From: Polymyxa betae A26-41
Lineage: Eukaryota; Protista; Endomyxa: Phytomyxea
Assembly (NCBI GenBank): GCA_003693705.1
Contig: RBZT01000657.1
Location: 1 to 64,000, forward strand
Length of the DNA stretch: 64,000 nt
Direction: 5' to 3'
Position 1 is the first letter of the stretch, and every line of letters begins with the position of its first letter. Below the pieces are notes generated by a model. The model was not told the origin of the DNA. It searched no databases and saw only the letters and a list, made by a program, of their open reading frames with translations. Positions 1-13,471 of this stretch are shown piece by piece. Both the position numbers and the translations under genes were made by a program.

Positions 1-1739
1 GCTGAGGTGCTTCACTAATAGCATCAGCTCCCATCTGATGTTCAAAATAGGCGTTTGCACTTGCAGAGCAACCTGGTGTGTGTATGATGACAGATTTCAC
101 TCTAAATGGTGAGAGTATGATCACAGTATCCGACCTGGATCGAGAACATCCATGGCTACTGTTGCCACAGCAAGGCGTGGCTCGATTCAACTTCGAATGG
201 TATCCAGCTCCAGTTCATCATTCAGCTGGGCGAATTAGCCTCTCCCAAAATCAATTCAACATTATTCTGGGTCTGATTAATGATCCAGATCATAATTCAG
301 ATGCACATCGTTTAGATCTGCTTTTCGAGATCTGCTCGGCGTTCTTTTTCGACAGACGGCAGCTACTGGAAATTGTACGCTCGTTCCAACCCGGCTCTGA
401 AGCCCGTACTTCAGCTGCAGCTTTATTCGCAGTTCGTTATCTACCATCCCAAGATGATCAACAAACGGTAAATCACCTGAGGGCAAACTAATCGTGTCTC
501 AACTCCAAAACAGATCCAGCAAATGCTATCGACAGGCGAGGACCCGGTTTTATCGGCGTACGAATCGGGGATGGTCGGGGCCATCACGCATGGGTTCAAC
601 GCCCTGAACCCGTCGGGTCACTATACCCTGGATTTATCGAATCGCATCGATATGATCATATGCAGGACTCTAGCACAGATCTCTGGATGGCAATCATACA
701 GACGTGACCCAGGTGCTGTCTCAGATTGGTCGCAGTGTGGGCAGCGCCACCTCTGGCGTAACGTTACGGTGGATGGCGTGGCCTCCTCCAGTCTCCTGGA
801 TTGCCTTCGTCGTCGTCTTCCTCATGGCATTGTCGAATTTGACTTTGTCCTGAGGATAAGGCCCGATGCAGCAGTCTCACCCATGCTGGCAGTCCCGTTC
901 TTGGAACTCGTACGAATCATCGATAATGCCTTTGAATCGTATTCTGCCTCCATTTGCTATTGTTCTGCGTTTGATGTGAAAACAGGTTGCATCGCGGTGC
1001 TGAACACGCATTGATAGAGACTTGTTCTGGACAGCTGTCTTCTGCGTTAGCTTTAACGCAATTACGTCAGGCCTGCATTCACAATTATTTTCTTGAAGAG
1101 CAGACTCATGTGTTACTGGGGTGCTTTCCAGATAATGAACTGCGAGTTGATGCATTCATCATTCTGTATGGACGAATTATCGATGAAATAGGAGTTCGAA
1201 GGCTAGCATCTGCAATGTTTAGCAATGCTGGCCAGCATAATGTTATGCGTCGCATGGGCTATACAGCATTGTGGTCACCGTTCAACCCATTCCCTTCGTA
1301 TTCTCTCGATTTATCACACACTGATGCCAGGGTGCTGCTAAAACTAATTCTTTGTCTATGCCTGGTTGAAGAGCGCTGTGATATCGCCGACATATTTTAC
1401 AATGGCATTTTGACTAATATACCGTCTTTATGGCTATCACAACCTCCTCTGCAAGGCTTGCTACAGTTTCGGTTGAATTTCGCTTCGAATTTAAAACCGA
1501 ACGTCTTTTATCGCGAACGAGTTGCATCGATTGTTCTCTCTTGGGAGGCAGATGTTGTTCGTCAAGCTAGCGAAGAAATGAAGCCACAGAATCCGGTATT
1601 CGATATGACAAAACATAGACGAAAACGTATGCCATCCTTAGCATCAAATGCGTCGTCAACATCCGTAAACGGATCCAAACGCGCCCCATCTTTACCACCG
1701 GTCTTGCATGCAAGATTTGAGCAAGACCAAGAAATATAG
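1..1739 (+). CDS. Uncharacterised protein, probably 5'-truncated by the window edge, with a twice-repeated helical + 'NP.G.Y.LDLS' unit
   Basis: ORFs 78-491, 523-1014 and 987-1739 join through two ~50-nt GT-AG introns (near 468-513 and 939-987). The internal repeat reads FNALNPSGHYTLDLSNRIDMIICRTL versus WSPFNPFPSYSLDLSHTDARVLLKLI. Confidence 0.6.
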
Positions 1740-2026
1740 AGACGATCATTTTCAAATTGCCAGATCCTAACGACATCATTGAGTCGTGGTCCTACGAGAC
1801 TTTTGGCTTGTCATGTGAGGTTCATACCAGACTCTGAACTAGCCATCCTGTAACCGATGCCTGAAGCCCGGGAAATTATGTCAAGCTATACACCCATATC
1901 GAATTCACTCAACATTTTCCAAAATATCCATAGTAGGCCAGCCCAGCAAAGTGTTTTTCATCCGTACTTTGGCACATCTCCTGAGGTGGGCAGTTTTGAG
2001 GAAGTTGATAAACCCATAATTATAAT

Positions 2027-5000
2027 TTATTTCCTTTTCTTGCCAACCAAAGCTTTGAATGTGCCTTTAGCCTTGGCTTGATGACGCCGGCTAAGAGCAT
2101 GCGGATCTAATGGCTGATATGCGAAAGGCTCGTATTGGTCGCCCTTCTTTCTAGCATCTCCAACCTGTTTCTTCGTCATAGTCCCTTTACGACGCTTGTC
2201 CGGTCTATCAGTTCGCAGCTTTTTGGCTTTGACCTGTACCTTCACGTTGTCTTCTTCGTCATCGTCTTCAATAATCAGTTTGCCAAGGTGCTCCTGTGCT
2301 GCCTGCATGTCCGACGATTTTCGCTTTTTCTTAAAAGAACCGGTAAGAACATTGCATTGTGACAGATTCAGCAGATCTAGTGGCTCTGAAGCAGTATTGA
2401 CGAGCTTGATTTGCTTAAAATTGCCATCTTGCATATCATGTTCCGGGGCATCTTCTTCGACCTCTTCTTCGTCTTCGTCGTTGAGTATGTTCTCGTACGA
2501 GCACTCGGCCTTGGTTTTTTTCTCTTTACTCTTCTTCTTCGCCTTTTGGATGCTGTTCAGGAACGGCTGGAACGATAACGGAATGACCTCATGCAGTTCT
2601 TCATAGGAGAACCGCCGCAGCATACGTTCAATGATGAAACGCCATTTCTGCCGGAATCTGAAAACAACAATTACAAAATAATATAATGAAGGGCGAACGC
2701 CACGAACCTGTTCTTGTTCTGATTGGCCCAAAGATCAAGACCAGCCAGAACCGCTTTCAGATGGGGTCGTAGCAGATCGGGAGTCAAGCTGGCAACAGCT
2801 ACCTTAATGAAGCTGAGAACAGATTTCATGACCTCCTGCGCCTTGCTCTGAAATAGAAGTAGAACAGTTTCCAAGATCTGCAAACAATAATGAATGACGA
2901 GGCAAATAACGAATATGCTTATAGAGGACCTGGGCGATAATATCTTTCGAGACAGTAGAACGTTTTTCAAACAGGAATCTGGCCATTGCTAAAACACTTG
3001 AACTCTGCATTTGTGGTGTTCCAGCTAGACCTCCTAATAACATCATCACATATTCACTGATATCAACACGTTCTCCTAGTGCAATGATAGTATTATACGC
3101 AGCATCACGAACTTTGACATTGGCCTGAATGATCAACTTCAGAACGATCTTTGAAGGAAGTCAAGGCAAGGTGAACCTCTTTGACGGAAAGAATACATTC
3201 CCCTAAGACTTCAGGAATTGCTATCGGGATTTGATCATCAGGAATCAGAGCACATAATGCAGGGATGCAGAGTAAACGTGCTTTTCTAGCACCAGATGCT
3301 ACAATAACAATAATTCAGCACGAATGTTTTCGAAAGAAACAGCACCGTAACTACACGAGACAATGACAGATTCCAACATAAACCGGGTCATGGAACTTGC
3401 AAGTAACGTAAAAATCAAATCATGTTACCAAGTGATGACAGAGCGGCAGTAAATTGAGAGAATGCGTCTGACCAATCATCGATGATTCTGGCATCAAGTA
3501 ATTGACGCCAACATTGATAGGCCCGTTTCTGTGCGAATACATCATCACTCTTATTAATCTGATAGATGATTGACAATAATCTTCCACGATTATCATCATC
3601 TAATCGCGTGCACATCTATAAACAAACAGACCAGATCAGATACCAGTACAAACTGCATTCGAGGTCGTGCTGCCTTACCGCATTACAGAGATCCATCATA
3701 TTGTGATTGGTCTCGGCATCCTCTGCTGATAGAAGCCGTTTCATCACAGTCTTAAACATACGATTGACGAGATTGGAGGATGCCAGTCCACACCAGCTCT
3801 GTTAAGGCTTTTAGAATATAAAGATTTTGATGGCGACAATATCACCTTGGTGCATTCAAGCAAAGGCTGACGTTTATCTGGGGCCAATAACGTGATGGTC
3901 GTGAAAAGAGCTGGCAGTAACGCCTTTGCTACAGGTTCACACAGCGACAGTTCCATGGGAGCGGCCAGTACGGCATTCAGACCGCGACCAATTGGAACTC
4001 GAGCATCTGGGCATTGTTCAAGCTGTTCACACAGTGCTGGGGCCAGCTCGCCCAAAATCGCATCTCTATCGATCGGCGCTGCACAGAACGCTGGAAACCT
4101 GTATTGAATGTAATGTTACCATGACGTTACAAGCAGAGGTGGTAACGTACGATTCCCAGATCTGTAGTACGAGTGCATTGAGTGCCTGTCTTTCAACAGG
4201 TAACGCTGTAGTTTGTGCCCATTGATATAATGATATAGCAGCAGGTAACATTGCATTCTTAAAACATGATAATGATGTTGTAGATGATATCGAGGTCTTG
4301 ATCATAGGAAGAAGCCATATACGTGATGATTTCAGGAACTCTTGTAACGACCCAGAATCACCAGCGACTGGCCATTCAATTGGTAATAGGTCCAGTACGG
4401 CAGCAGCACCCAGATGTTCGACACAGCTGGACATGACAGCCCGTACTGACTCACGTTGCTTGTACGTGATCGTGACGTCGACCTGTGAAAACTGATCAGA
4501 ATGACATAACCAACCATGGACATTATTACCGAGGATAGAATCGCATCTAACGATGATATCAATGGGGTTAAGAAAGACATCGCATCAGCACACTTGGAAA
4601 CGGCAGCGACGGCAGTAGAGACGATAGGTAGTACGACGGTCCAACGCGCCTTGAATCGATATGTGAGTAAAGATTCGGTGGATGTACATAGTGATGTGAT
4701 TAATTCGGGATTTGATGTTCTATCAATACATGTTGATAATAATGTGGTCATAGAGATCTGACTTTGAGATCCAATAGATGCATTACTATGTAATAGATTC
4801 TGTACAACATACAATTTTAGGTGACATCAAATGACATGTTACAAAACGGCAACGATTGCAATGACGAATAGCAATACAAGATTGTAAAGGCTTTAGAAAA
4901 CTGCAAAATTCCCGAAAACCAGGAACAGACAAATGTAATAGAAAGCGAATTTGTAAGAAAATTTGAAGCCACGGTCATACATCAGGCAATGTGTTGAAAT

Positions 5001-6124
5001 AACGAGGTAATGCTCTTGTAACAGCTGATGAACTAATTCTATGTAAGAGGCAATAACCAGATGTAATAGCCTTTAACATAGCAACTCCAGCATCATAATC
5101 GTTATCATGAATAGATATGGATTGTAATGCAGATAACATTGTCTCTACAAATGAAGGAGTTGGATCTAATCCAGCTGATTCAAACAATGTTGTTAGACAT
5201 TGGATCAGACGTAATTTCAGCATATTATTCCTAGATGATGTTGCCTATGTAACAGGATTAAACTTAAGAAACCCTAAACCCCATCCCGAACCTGAGCATG
5301 AAACATCTCAACCAGAGCCGCGATCGTAGTCAGTGGCAGCAACGATACCGTCGACTGTAGCAGACCGATGAGATGTAACGCAACCGTAACCTAAATGAAG
5401 TCAGGACCTACACGTTACATGTAACATCACACCTACATCGGCATTATCCAGCTCACGGCGGCATGACAATCGCACGCATTCAGCAACGATTGTCGGAACG
5501 TTGGGCGCTAACGTCTTCAAGATCCCAACAACACCGGCCTGGCCAGTACGTCGCACTTTCGGCCGCGGATCAACGGCGAATACGAGCATGGCCTGCAGGA
5601 CTCGGACTGTGTTGGGATTGGCCCAAACATTACGATCCACATAGGACATGGTCCGCGATAAGCACAGCAGCACATGCCGTGTGCAGATGGCTGATTCCGC
5701 ATGGGCCTGTACGGCCCGCAACAGGATACTGGTAACATCATCGAATTTCGCAACAATGACAGATGCCGACAGTCGATCGGATTGCATCAATGTTGACAAT
5801 AAATATGTGATACCTGAAGACGGGCTCTGTTAATACCATTCTTTAAAATTGTTCGAAAAAACCAAGATGAAGAGAAAAAAGGTGCGTTTGTATACCCTCA
5901 GCTAAATTGACATCAATATCTGATCGTTCCATCATGGTGATTAGAGCAGCAAAATATGCAGTAGGGGATGGTTCGTGTTTCTGTTCATTAATTGTGGCAG
6001 TGACAGCCTCCAATACACTGATTGCTGTTGCAGGTGTTGTAGCCTGTTTACGAATCTGACCAAATAGGTCATCATTGGCAGCGACCGGGGTCGTGCAAGT
6101 CGTATCGAACATGATCGCCACCAT
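2027..6124 (-). CDS. RRP12: RRP12-like ribosome biogenesis HEAT-repeat protein (NUC173), multi-exon
   Basis: N-terminal ISVLEAVTATINEQKHEPSPTAYFAALITMME, DPRPKVRR, LLTYRFKARWTVVL, SSRIWLLPMIKT, EVMKSVLSFIKVAV, and C-terminal GDARKKGDQYEPFAYQPL. Start ATG is at 6124 or 6112. Confidence 0.9.
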
Positions 6125-6318
6125 TTGAGTTCTTGGACCAGAACAAGCAGTGGCTGCCTTGAATTCCAGGCCGTCACGGAGTCCGAATAGAAATCCCGTC
6201 GACAGATCTGAAATCGGTAATTGCGCGAAAAAACTTGACACAAAACTGCACACGCAATGTTTGAAGTAGAAGTTTCAGAAAAAACGAGCAAAGACATTTG
6301 TTGTACTGTACCGCCGTA

Positions 6319-7288
6319 CCGGACATTTTAAACCTATACAATGCGCACATGCAAAATCTTAGAAACCTATAGGGTCGCCAAGCACCTCACTGCTTCCCAT
6401 TCTGACTCAATATTCCGATAAAAATGGTCGAATGGAGTAATCAAATTTCTCGCACCAAAGATGCGCAAAAGCGCTGTATGGAATCACTACAAGGGGGAAT
6501 TTCAAGAATTGCCGAAACGTGCGAACGTAAAAAACATTGTTGTACGCTTTTGTGATAAAGCCTCGCAACATTTATAATACTTTTTACACATGGTTTTTCA
6601 GGCTTCCGTTGTTGCGGACTGCGGGCAATACTCGCCTTCATTCCAGTTTTTGACTGTTGCTTTTGGGGATGCCCAAGCACTGAAAAGGCTGTTGCATGCG
6701 TCTTCTAAGGATTGCACGGGAAAAGGGGAGCCCATTTTGCGAACTTACCTAGCAGCGTTGGCAAAAGGGACTCAATCAATCAAAAACACCAATCCATGCA
6801 AACAGAAGACAATTAACCTACGGGTTTGAAGAACATTTTGCAGGAGCGGAATATCTGGCCTCCTAAGGAAGGACCAGGCACGAAAACTGCTTGCGGAACA
6901 GCCTGATTTTGCAAATCAATCTGGCTGGAAGAAGCGGTCACGTCTGAACCTGGATTCATGATCGACTTTTTCCCAAAATTTCATTGTGATTTCATAGAGA
7001 TGTTTAGAGGGGCATGTAAGTGTTACACGCGGGAACATTTGTGATTATTCTTGGCAAGGGTTGCAAGAGTTTGACTTCATGGACGCCTACATATCGTACC
7101 AGCAGCGCAACTTCCTGCAACGGTTCGCTGCCCTTCTGTCAACATGGCGTGAAGTGAGTATCATACATACAAAATATAAACTGCTTGCGCATTTTACTCC
7201 TAAAACCTCAACAAGTTTGCACATGCTGACATGCACATTACAAAATTTCCAAACAAAGTGCGAATGCAGTCAGGTTTAAGATGTCCGG
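6319..7288 (+). mobile_element. Non-autonomous, internally deleted IS630/Tc1/mariner-superfamily DNA transposon
   Basis: 17-bp TIRs CCGGACATTTTAAACCT (6319-6335) and AGGTTTAAGATGTCCGG (7272-7288) differ at one position and are each flanked by TA (6317-6318, 7289-7290). Frameshifted transposase remnants lie inside. Confidence 0.85.
6823..7090 (+). pseudogene. Frameshifted DDE (IS630/DDE_3-like) transposase C-terminal remnant
   Basis: Across frames it reads [28 protein letters not shown]../[53 protein letters not shown], matching the 'QPDF..LEE..PKFHCELNxIE..K.Y.R..CDY..YMDAY' pattern of eukaryotic IS630-like transposases. Confidence 0.8.
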
Positions 7289-7362
7289 TATAGTTCGATG
7301 TTTTTTTCAAAGGAATACAGCCCCATGTATATAATGACTACAATTTATCTACGTATATTGGT

Positions 7363-9759
7363 CTATTTGGATGCGGCTCTAAACATTCTCCTGAAGATAT
7401 ATACGACAACCATCTGTATGATGATAACGACACACCAGAATACTGGATATCCATACTTCCTGATAGGCAGTCAATCGATCATTGAGTCTATCAGTACTTA
7501 GGCGGGCGATACCATGTTAATTCCGGCATCGATGAATGCTCCGTTTCAACATCGAAAAAATTCATTCCATAGACGCCCTGGATGCTCATATTAGCATAAA
7601 ATGACGATGAATGTCTCGACGCTGACCGTTAGAAACTGTGCTGGGACAAAGGTCGTTGTCACTGCAGAGACATCATTTCAGTGGGAAGAAACAACGAATA
7701 GGAATGAATGAATTCAACATTGGGTATGGGAGAACATCATCATGAAAACCCTAAAACACATAGGAATTGTGATCACCGACCTGCTGTCAGAACATATAGA
7801 ATATCGCTCTGACGCGCCTCTTTGTATGTTCGAACCTCACTTTTCAATGAATCGACAAGAGCCAACATCTGATCGATATCCAGTAGACAGTTATTGACAT
7901 CTTCATCTGTATCAAGCAAATATCTCCTAGAAAATGTCCAATTAGCCACCATCAATCATGAAATTCATGTCTCTTCTACTTGACACTATCCGAATGATTC
8001 TCCTCAACAATACTTTTCACGATGCGACGAAGCGGTCGTACTTTCCGCTGCAGATTCTCTGTCGAATTCGGTGGGTCAGTCCAATACAATCGGTAATGGA
8101 CTGGAACATGTACCTAAATCGTCACCCAACGCCTGCAGGAAATAGATATCCTTCTTCGAATAAGCAGCTTCCTGAGCATGCAGCAGATCCTGGGCACTGC
8201 CTCAGCCACATAATTTACGACAAAGTGAAACGTCGGCGTCGACGTTGCAGATAACGAGACACGAAACATTGTTACCTGATGGAAATCGATCAGTTGCCGA
8301 AGAGACTCGGTCACACGAACCAAATTCTTGGAAATTGTATCGAGAACTACGACAGAATGGATCAGATGAGAGCCGAGAAGCCCTTTATACAATGGAGCCT
8401 ACTGGCGAACTGGAGCCATTCTGTGTTTCCGCGCCGCAACATCGAATAGTTGGTGTTCAGCTGACTATAGAGATCCCTGAAGAGCAGCGTTTCTGGGTCA
8501 TCGGGGGCAACACGATCCGAATCCGGTGTCGGAAATTGAAAGGGAATCGCCGAGTGGATTCGCATACCGGCCAGATACCACTTCGATTGGACCTGGATCA
8601 GTTCGTTCCATGTCAAAACATCGTTGAAGATTGCGATCTGGCACTCTTCGATCTCAATAAAGGGTCGGATGAGTTTCAAGATTTCGGCGCGTCGTTGGTC
8701 CGAGACGATATCGGTGATCTCGCCGCGAAGATACCGACAGAATGATTGCTCGGATCGAGCTGATAGACGCCAGACCGGAATCACCATAAAGTCGTGCCTC
8801 CCAAATACGTATCTGCTTTAGATCAGTGAAGCAGGCGATGAAGTCATCCAGGCCACCTTTTCGGACGTTCGGAATGCAGGTTGAGGAGCTTCTCAAGCGT
8901 CAGCGGATGCAAGCGAAACCTCACAGCCAGCATGAGAAGATAGCGGCGGTTCTGTTCGGTGGCTGGACAGACATTCATATGGCTGGCATCACGACCAACG
9001 TTATCCAGGGAGATCCACTGAACTGGAGCAGAGTTCAGGCGTGGAATAAGCAGGACCCGCCAATGTACCGGTCGTCCGAGCGATGTGCTTGCGACGATCA
9101 TCGCAGCAGAAGAACTTGCGGATGTCTTCGTTATTGTTGAGCGTGATGCAGACAGAATCTTTGGCGTTGTACTGTCTTGTGCATAAACGTCCTGCTTCTG
9201 GATCAATACAGAATTGATTCGTACAGCGTATGTCGAATACCGACATATCGTTGGTCAACGTCTGCAGCTTGGTTCGTTGCAAGATCCAGGCCAGCTGTTC
9301 CGGCGTCACTGTTGTCATCTCATTTAATTGTTCCAGTTTCTCGATGAGGGCGTAAAATGATGGACATGTTGCCAGCCCGGAGAATCCTTTCGATTCGAGG
9401 CCCTGAAGGAGTTCGTCGCGCGAGATAGCGCCGTCTGACGATTCATCGAAAACCTGACAGAGCCGGGCACTTCCTTCGACCGTGACGTCGAATGTTTGGG
9501 CGTCGATATCGGCGACGTTCGCCAGCGGGATGCTGATTGCACATCGAGCCATGCCTTCCCAGATCACGGGATCAACAGCACCAAGACCAAACCAGCTCCC
9601 GAAATCATCGGGTTCTTCTTCTAAAGGATCGCTAGTTCCTGCAGCGCTGGGTTTCGGTGCCCAAGCTGCTATTGTCTTGGCTCGCGATAGATTCGGGATG
9701 AAGAATGGGCCATTTCGCTCCGGGCCTGATGTTGATTTATTGAAGGGCGGGTGCGACAT
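7363..9759 (-). CDS. CorA/MIT-family Mg2+ transporter with N-terminal EF-hand, paralogue 1
   Basis: RFRLHPLTLE motif, TM1 TTTFVPAQFLT, signature GVYGMNF, then MPELTW|KYGYPVFW and TM2, stop TAG at 7365-7363. EF loop DESSDGAISRDE at 9412-9447. Confidence 0.88.
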
Positions 9760-9926
9760 GATCAACTTTGGTCAATGTTGAGAACACGATCGATCCCTCA
9801 TGCTGCCGGTCATTCGATGTCGTTCGTCGAACGTAAGCGATTTATTAGATTGTTGAAGCTGCAACTTGGTTAAACAGATGTAGATTAGGAAAAGACAAAC
9901 ATATACAGATATCCACGTGATTCAGC

Positions 9927-12388
9927 TCATACTTTCGCTGATATATGAAGCATTCTTTTCTTTTTGAAAATTGCAATCGTGATCGAAAATACCAGAGATA
10001 TCAACAGCCAAAACCAAGCATAGCCTAATTTCCTACAATGATACGTAAATAACAGGAGCTGAAATTGTAAACTGCACGCACCATGTAAGCTCTGGAATAG
10101 AGGATCGCCCCAGTTCTGAATCATAAAAGTTCATTCCATACACACCCTGCAGAGAAAAACTCAACTCAGACGATCATCTGGGTTCCATAACTAACCGTAA
10201 TGAATTGTGCAGGAATGAAGAGCGTTGTCACCATCTAAGTGCCACAATCAGTTCGGAGATCTCAGCAACCGCTCCATCATACTGTTAGAACGAACAAGAC
10301 GTCATTGTTCCTGGTATCCTTGTAAGTTCGAATCTCATTCTTCAGCGACTCGCACTGGATGCTCATTTGCTCTATATCCAAAAGCGCATTGTTGATGTCT
10401 TCATCGCCTATATCTTAATTATAACCAAACGTTGGCGAGATTTTCAAATCATGTACAATCGATTAAATAGCGCCTGTCATTGTCTGAGCAAATATTGTTT
10501 TTTAACGCCCAAAAGTCTCACCTAATACTGCCGCTCCTTTCAACATCATCAGCAAGACTTCTGACAATCCTCCTCAAAGGCCGGATTTTGCGTTTGAAAT
10601 GTTCTGCCTCAATATAAGAACACAGAGCGAGCCTTGACTATCGGAATACCAAGATCGTTGTTCAGCGCGATGATCATCTTAATATTGCTCGTCGCATAAT
10701 GGAACTCCTGAGCGTGAAGCAAATTCTAAAACGCAGTTACGACGACATCACAACTGGCAGGTTACATAATTACCTGATGGAAATCGATCAGTGATCTTAA
10801 TCCTTCCACAACGACTGTTAAATCTTGTGAGATGGCTTCAAGGACTATGGAGACAATGTTATCAGACTAAAGTAAGGCTGTAGATTCATACTTGCGAACT
10901 GCAACCAGTCGGAATTGCCTGACGACAACTAACGTCACCATTCGATACATTGTGGAATTGAAAGGAGCTTCGCATTACCACGGCGGGTTACCGAGTAAGT
11001 AGTCACAAGCTGATTCACAACATCAGCGAACATTGGCTCCGAACCTTGTTCGTCAGTTGAAGGCGTCTCCTTCAACTGCTCGCTGGCGTTTTTTTCATGT
11101 ATGCGAAGATCCGCCAATCCCCAGCGTGACTACAGGGCAGGTTTAATGACCTATTTCTTGAGGTGGCAGTAAGATCGCCCTTACCTGAATGTGGATGAAT
11201 TCATTCCACCGCGTATGGTCATTCCATATGGCGACCTGGCATTCTTCGATCTCTATCAATGGAGGGTCCAGCAGCGTAATGTCAAGCTTCAACTTGTCGG
11301 GTTTCAACTTAATATGAACGGTTCGCTTCCTGTGATTGTATATTGAAACAGATTTCTTTGAGCGTTTCGTCAGCCGATAAATAGGCAGTATAAGAAAATC
11401 AAATCTCCCAAATACATATCTAATGTTCCATATCAAGAGAATATCGCAGGCAACCTCATTGTAAGAAGCTTACCGCTTCGGTCGTTCCGAGTGTAAATTC
11501 AGAACCCGCTCTAAGCTCAGCGGGTGAAGCCGGAATCGCAAACACAAAAGTAACACGATACGGCGGTTCTTCTGAGCAGTAGAGCATCGAGATACGTCTC
11601 CGTCTAAGCCAGCAACATCGTCAAATGATATCCAATGAACAGAGCCTAGTCAGCTGTAAGAATTACAAACACGTCTGTATCAGACTAAAACCTATGGATT
11701 TCAGGGCAGGTGTATGATGCTCGTCGCTGAGAAAAAAAGATCGTAACTGCTCATCAGTTACGATATCACTGGATAAGGAATCTTTAGCATTGTAAATAAA
11801 GCTGTGCAACTGCCCAGTTCCACGACACTGGCAGTTATGGTCGTAGCTCGTCAGATCGAACCCAGACGAGCTGATCAATTTCTCAAGCTTGATTCGCTGC
11901 AGAATCCAACTGAGCTGTTCCGGTAGAACAGTATGTGTGCCCTTATTTAGTTGCTCGATGGCATCAAAAAGTTCATGGAAAGCATTGCACGATTGAAGAC
12001 TAGAAAATCCCTTAGATTCCAGCCCCAGAATTAACTCGTCTCGATTGACGCTTCCGTCACAAGTTAAATCGAAGACTTTGCAAAGTCGCTCACAGGCGTC
12101 CAGAGTCACATCAAAAGCTTGAGCATCAATGCCAGAAGCAGTTTCGAGCAGAATGGGATAAGCGCATAGCGAAAGCGTTTTCCAAATCTGAGGATGGATT
12201 TTCCCTAGGCCAAACCAGGTCCGACTTTCGACATTGGTCAACGTACTGCCATGTCCATGAGGGACACTGCCGTGATCATTGGCTGATTGTACGCTTAGAA
12301 TCACGTTTTTGCTGGATCGCCTGCCAAACATAGGATCGCTTGCCCAATTCAGCGTTCGGTCTGGAATCGGGACCAAAGTCGTGTTCAT
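9927..12388 (-). CDS. CorA/MIT-family Mg2+ transporter with N-terminal EF-hand, paralogue 2
   Basis: Collinear with paralogue 1 (IDAQAFDVT, PEQLSWILQR, IEIEECQVAI). Has GVYGMNFYDSELGRSSIPELTW|KLGYAWFW and EF loop DLTCDGSVNRDE at 12035-12070. Confidence 0.88.
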
Positions 12389-12715
12389 GGCGACAACGTT
12401 TTAGATAAACAACTGACAGCAGACAGGAGAAGAGGCACCGCCACATACGAGAGCGCTGTCATTTCCAGACCCCAGACCCCCATTCGTGATTATTCGGGAA
12501 GTACTGCAGCCCTGTTCCTAACACTAGGGAAGGGCAGCCTCTCAGCAATTACAGTCCCATTGGCTTTGCTCGAATGTTGCAGTTACGTTACAAAAGACAC
12601 ATAGCCTGCAGCAGTAAGCAGCCCTCCTCTTTTATACGCAGTTTTCCCCTTAATTTATCTTTCGATATCTGGTTTTAACTCGAAATCGTTGGTCTCGAGA
12701 TTCAACGTCCCAGAG

Positions 12716-13471
12716 ATGCTGGACTACGATTCTGGAATGGTCGGCGAGACGACCGGCGAACACATGCTCGGCACGACCATCATGGCAGTTGTGTATGATG
12801 GCGGCGTCGTTGTTGGAGCTGATTCCCGCACGTCGACTGGCAGCTATGTTGCCAACCGAGTTTCTGATAAGCTAACTCAGCTGCATGATCGAATTTACTG
12901 CTGTCGATCTGGCTCTGCTGCTGACACACAAGCTGTCGCTGACATTGTCAAATACTATCTCGATGTTTCTAGGTTCGGATTGGTTTTTTAGCTCCTTAGC
13001 TAAGCTTAGGAAAACTTTAGTGTTGAATTGGGTGAATTGCCAGATGTAGCTACTGCCGCGCATCTCACACGAAAGATTTGCTACAGTTATAAAGATAGCT
13101 TGATGGCTGGAATTATTATAGGTGGATGGGATAAACGTAATAGCGGCTCTGTCTATACAGTCACTCTTGGAGGAACTATTGTTCAGCAGGTAATGTTTAT
13201 TGATCATGTATCTCCATTTTATAACAGGTAATAGGATTATGCTATTGGTGGATCAGGGTCTACATATATCTATGGGTTCTGTGATGCTTATTACAAGAAA
13301 GGCATGACGAAAGCCGAATGCCAGAAGTTCGTGCAGCTGGCGATCTCTCATGCAATTGCACGAGACGGCTCATCAGGCGGTGTTATTCGATTAGCAACGA
13401 TTGATGCTAACGGTGTCGAGAAGACCATGGTCCCTGGAGATCGCCTGCCTTACATGGCCCAGCGCGAATAA
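12716..13471 (+). CDS. PSMB6: 20S proteasome subunit beta-1 (PSMB6/PRE3)
   Basis: Propeptide followed by G|[57 protein letters not shown] and [10 protein letters not shown]. Two introns, TAA at 13469-13471. Confidence 0.96.

Noticed and set aside
9927-10140. Apparent frameshift after GMNF in CorA paralogue 2 (ORF MIQNWGDP...)
   Set aside because: The true frame reads GMNFYDSELGRSSIPELTW, and a phase-2 intron joins it to KLGYAWFW, as in paralogue 1.
12509-12535. 11-bp hairpin in the CorA2/PSMB6 divergent spacer (similar one near 20125-20151)
   Set aside because: Isolated short hairpins are expected by chance, and no tRNA, snoRNA or other motif accompanies them.
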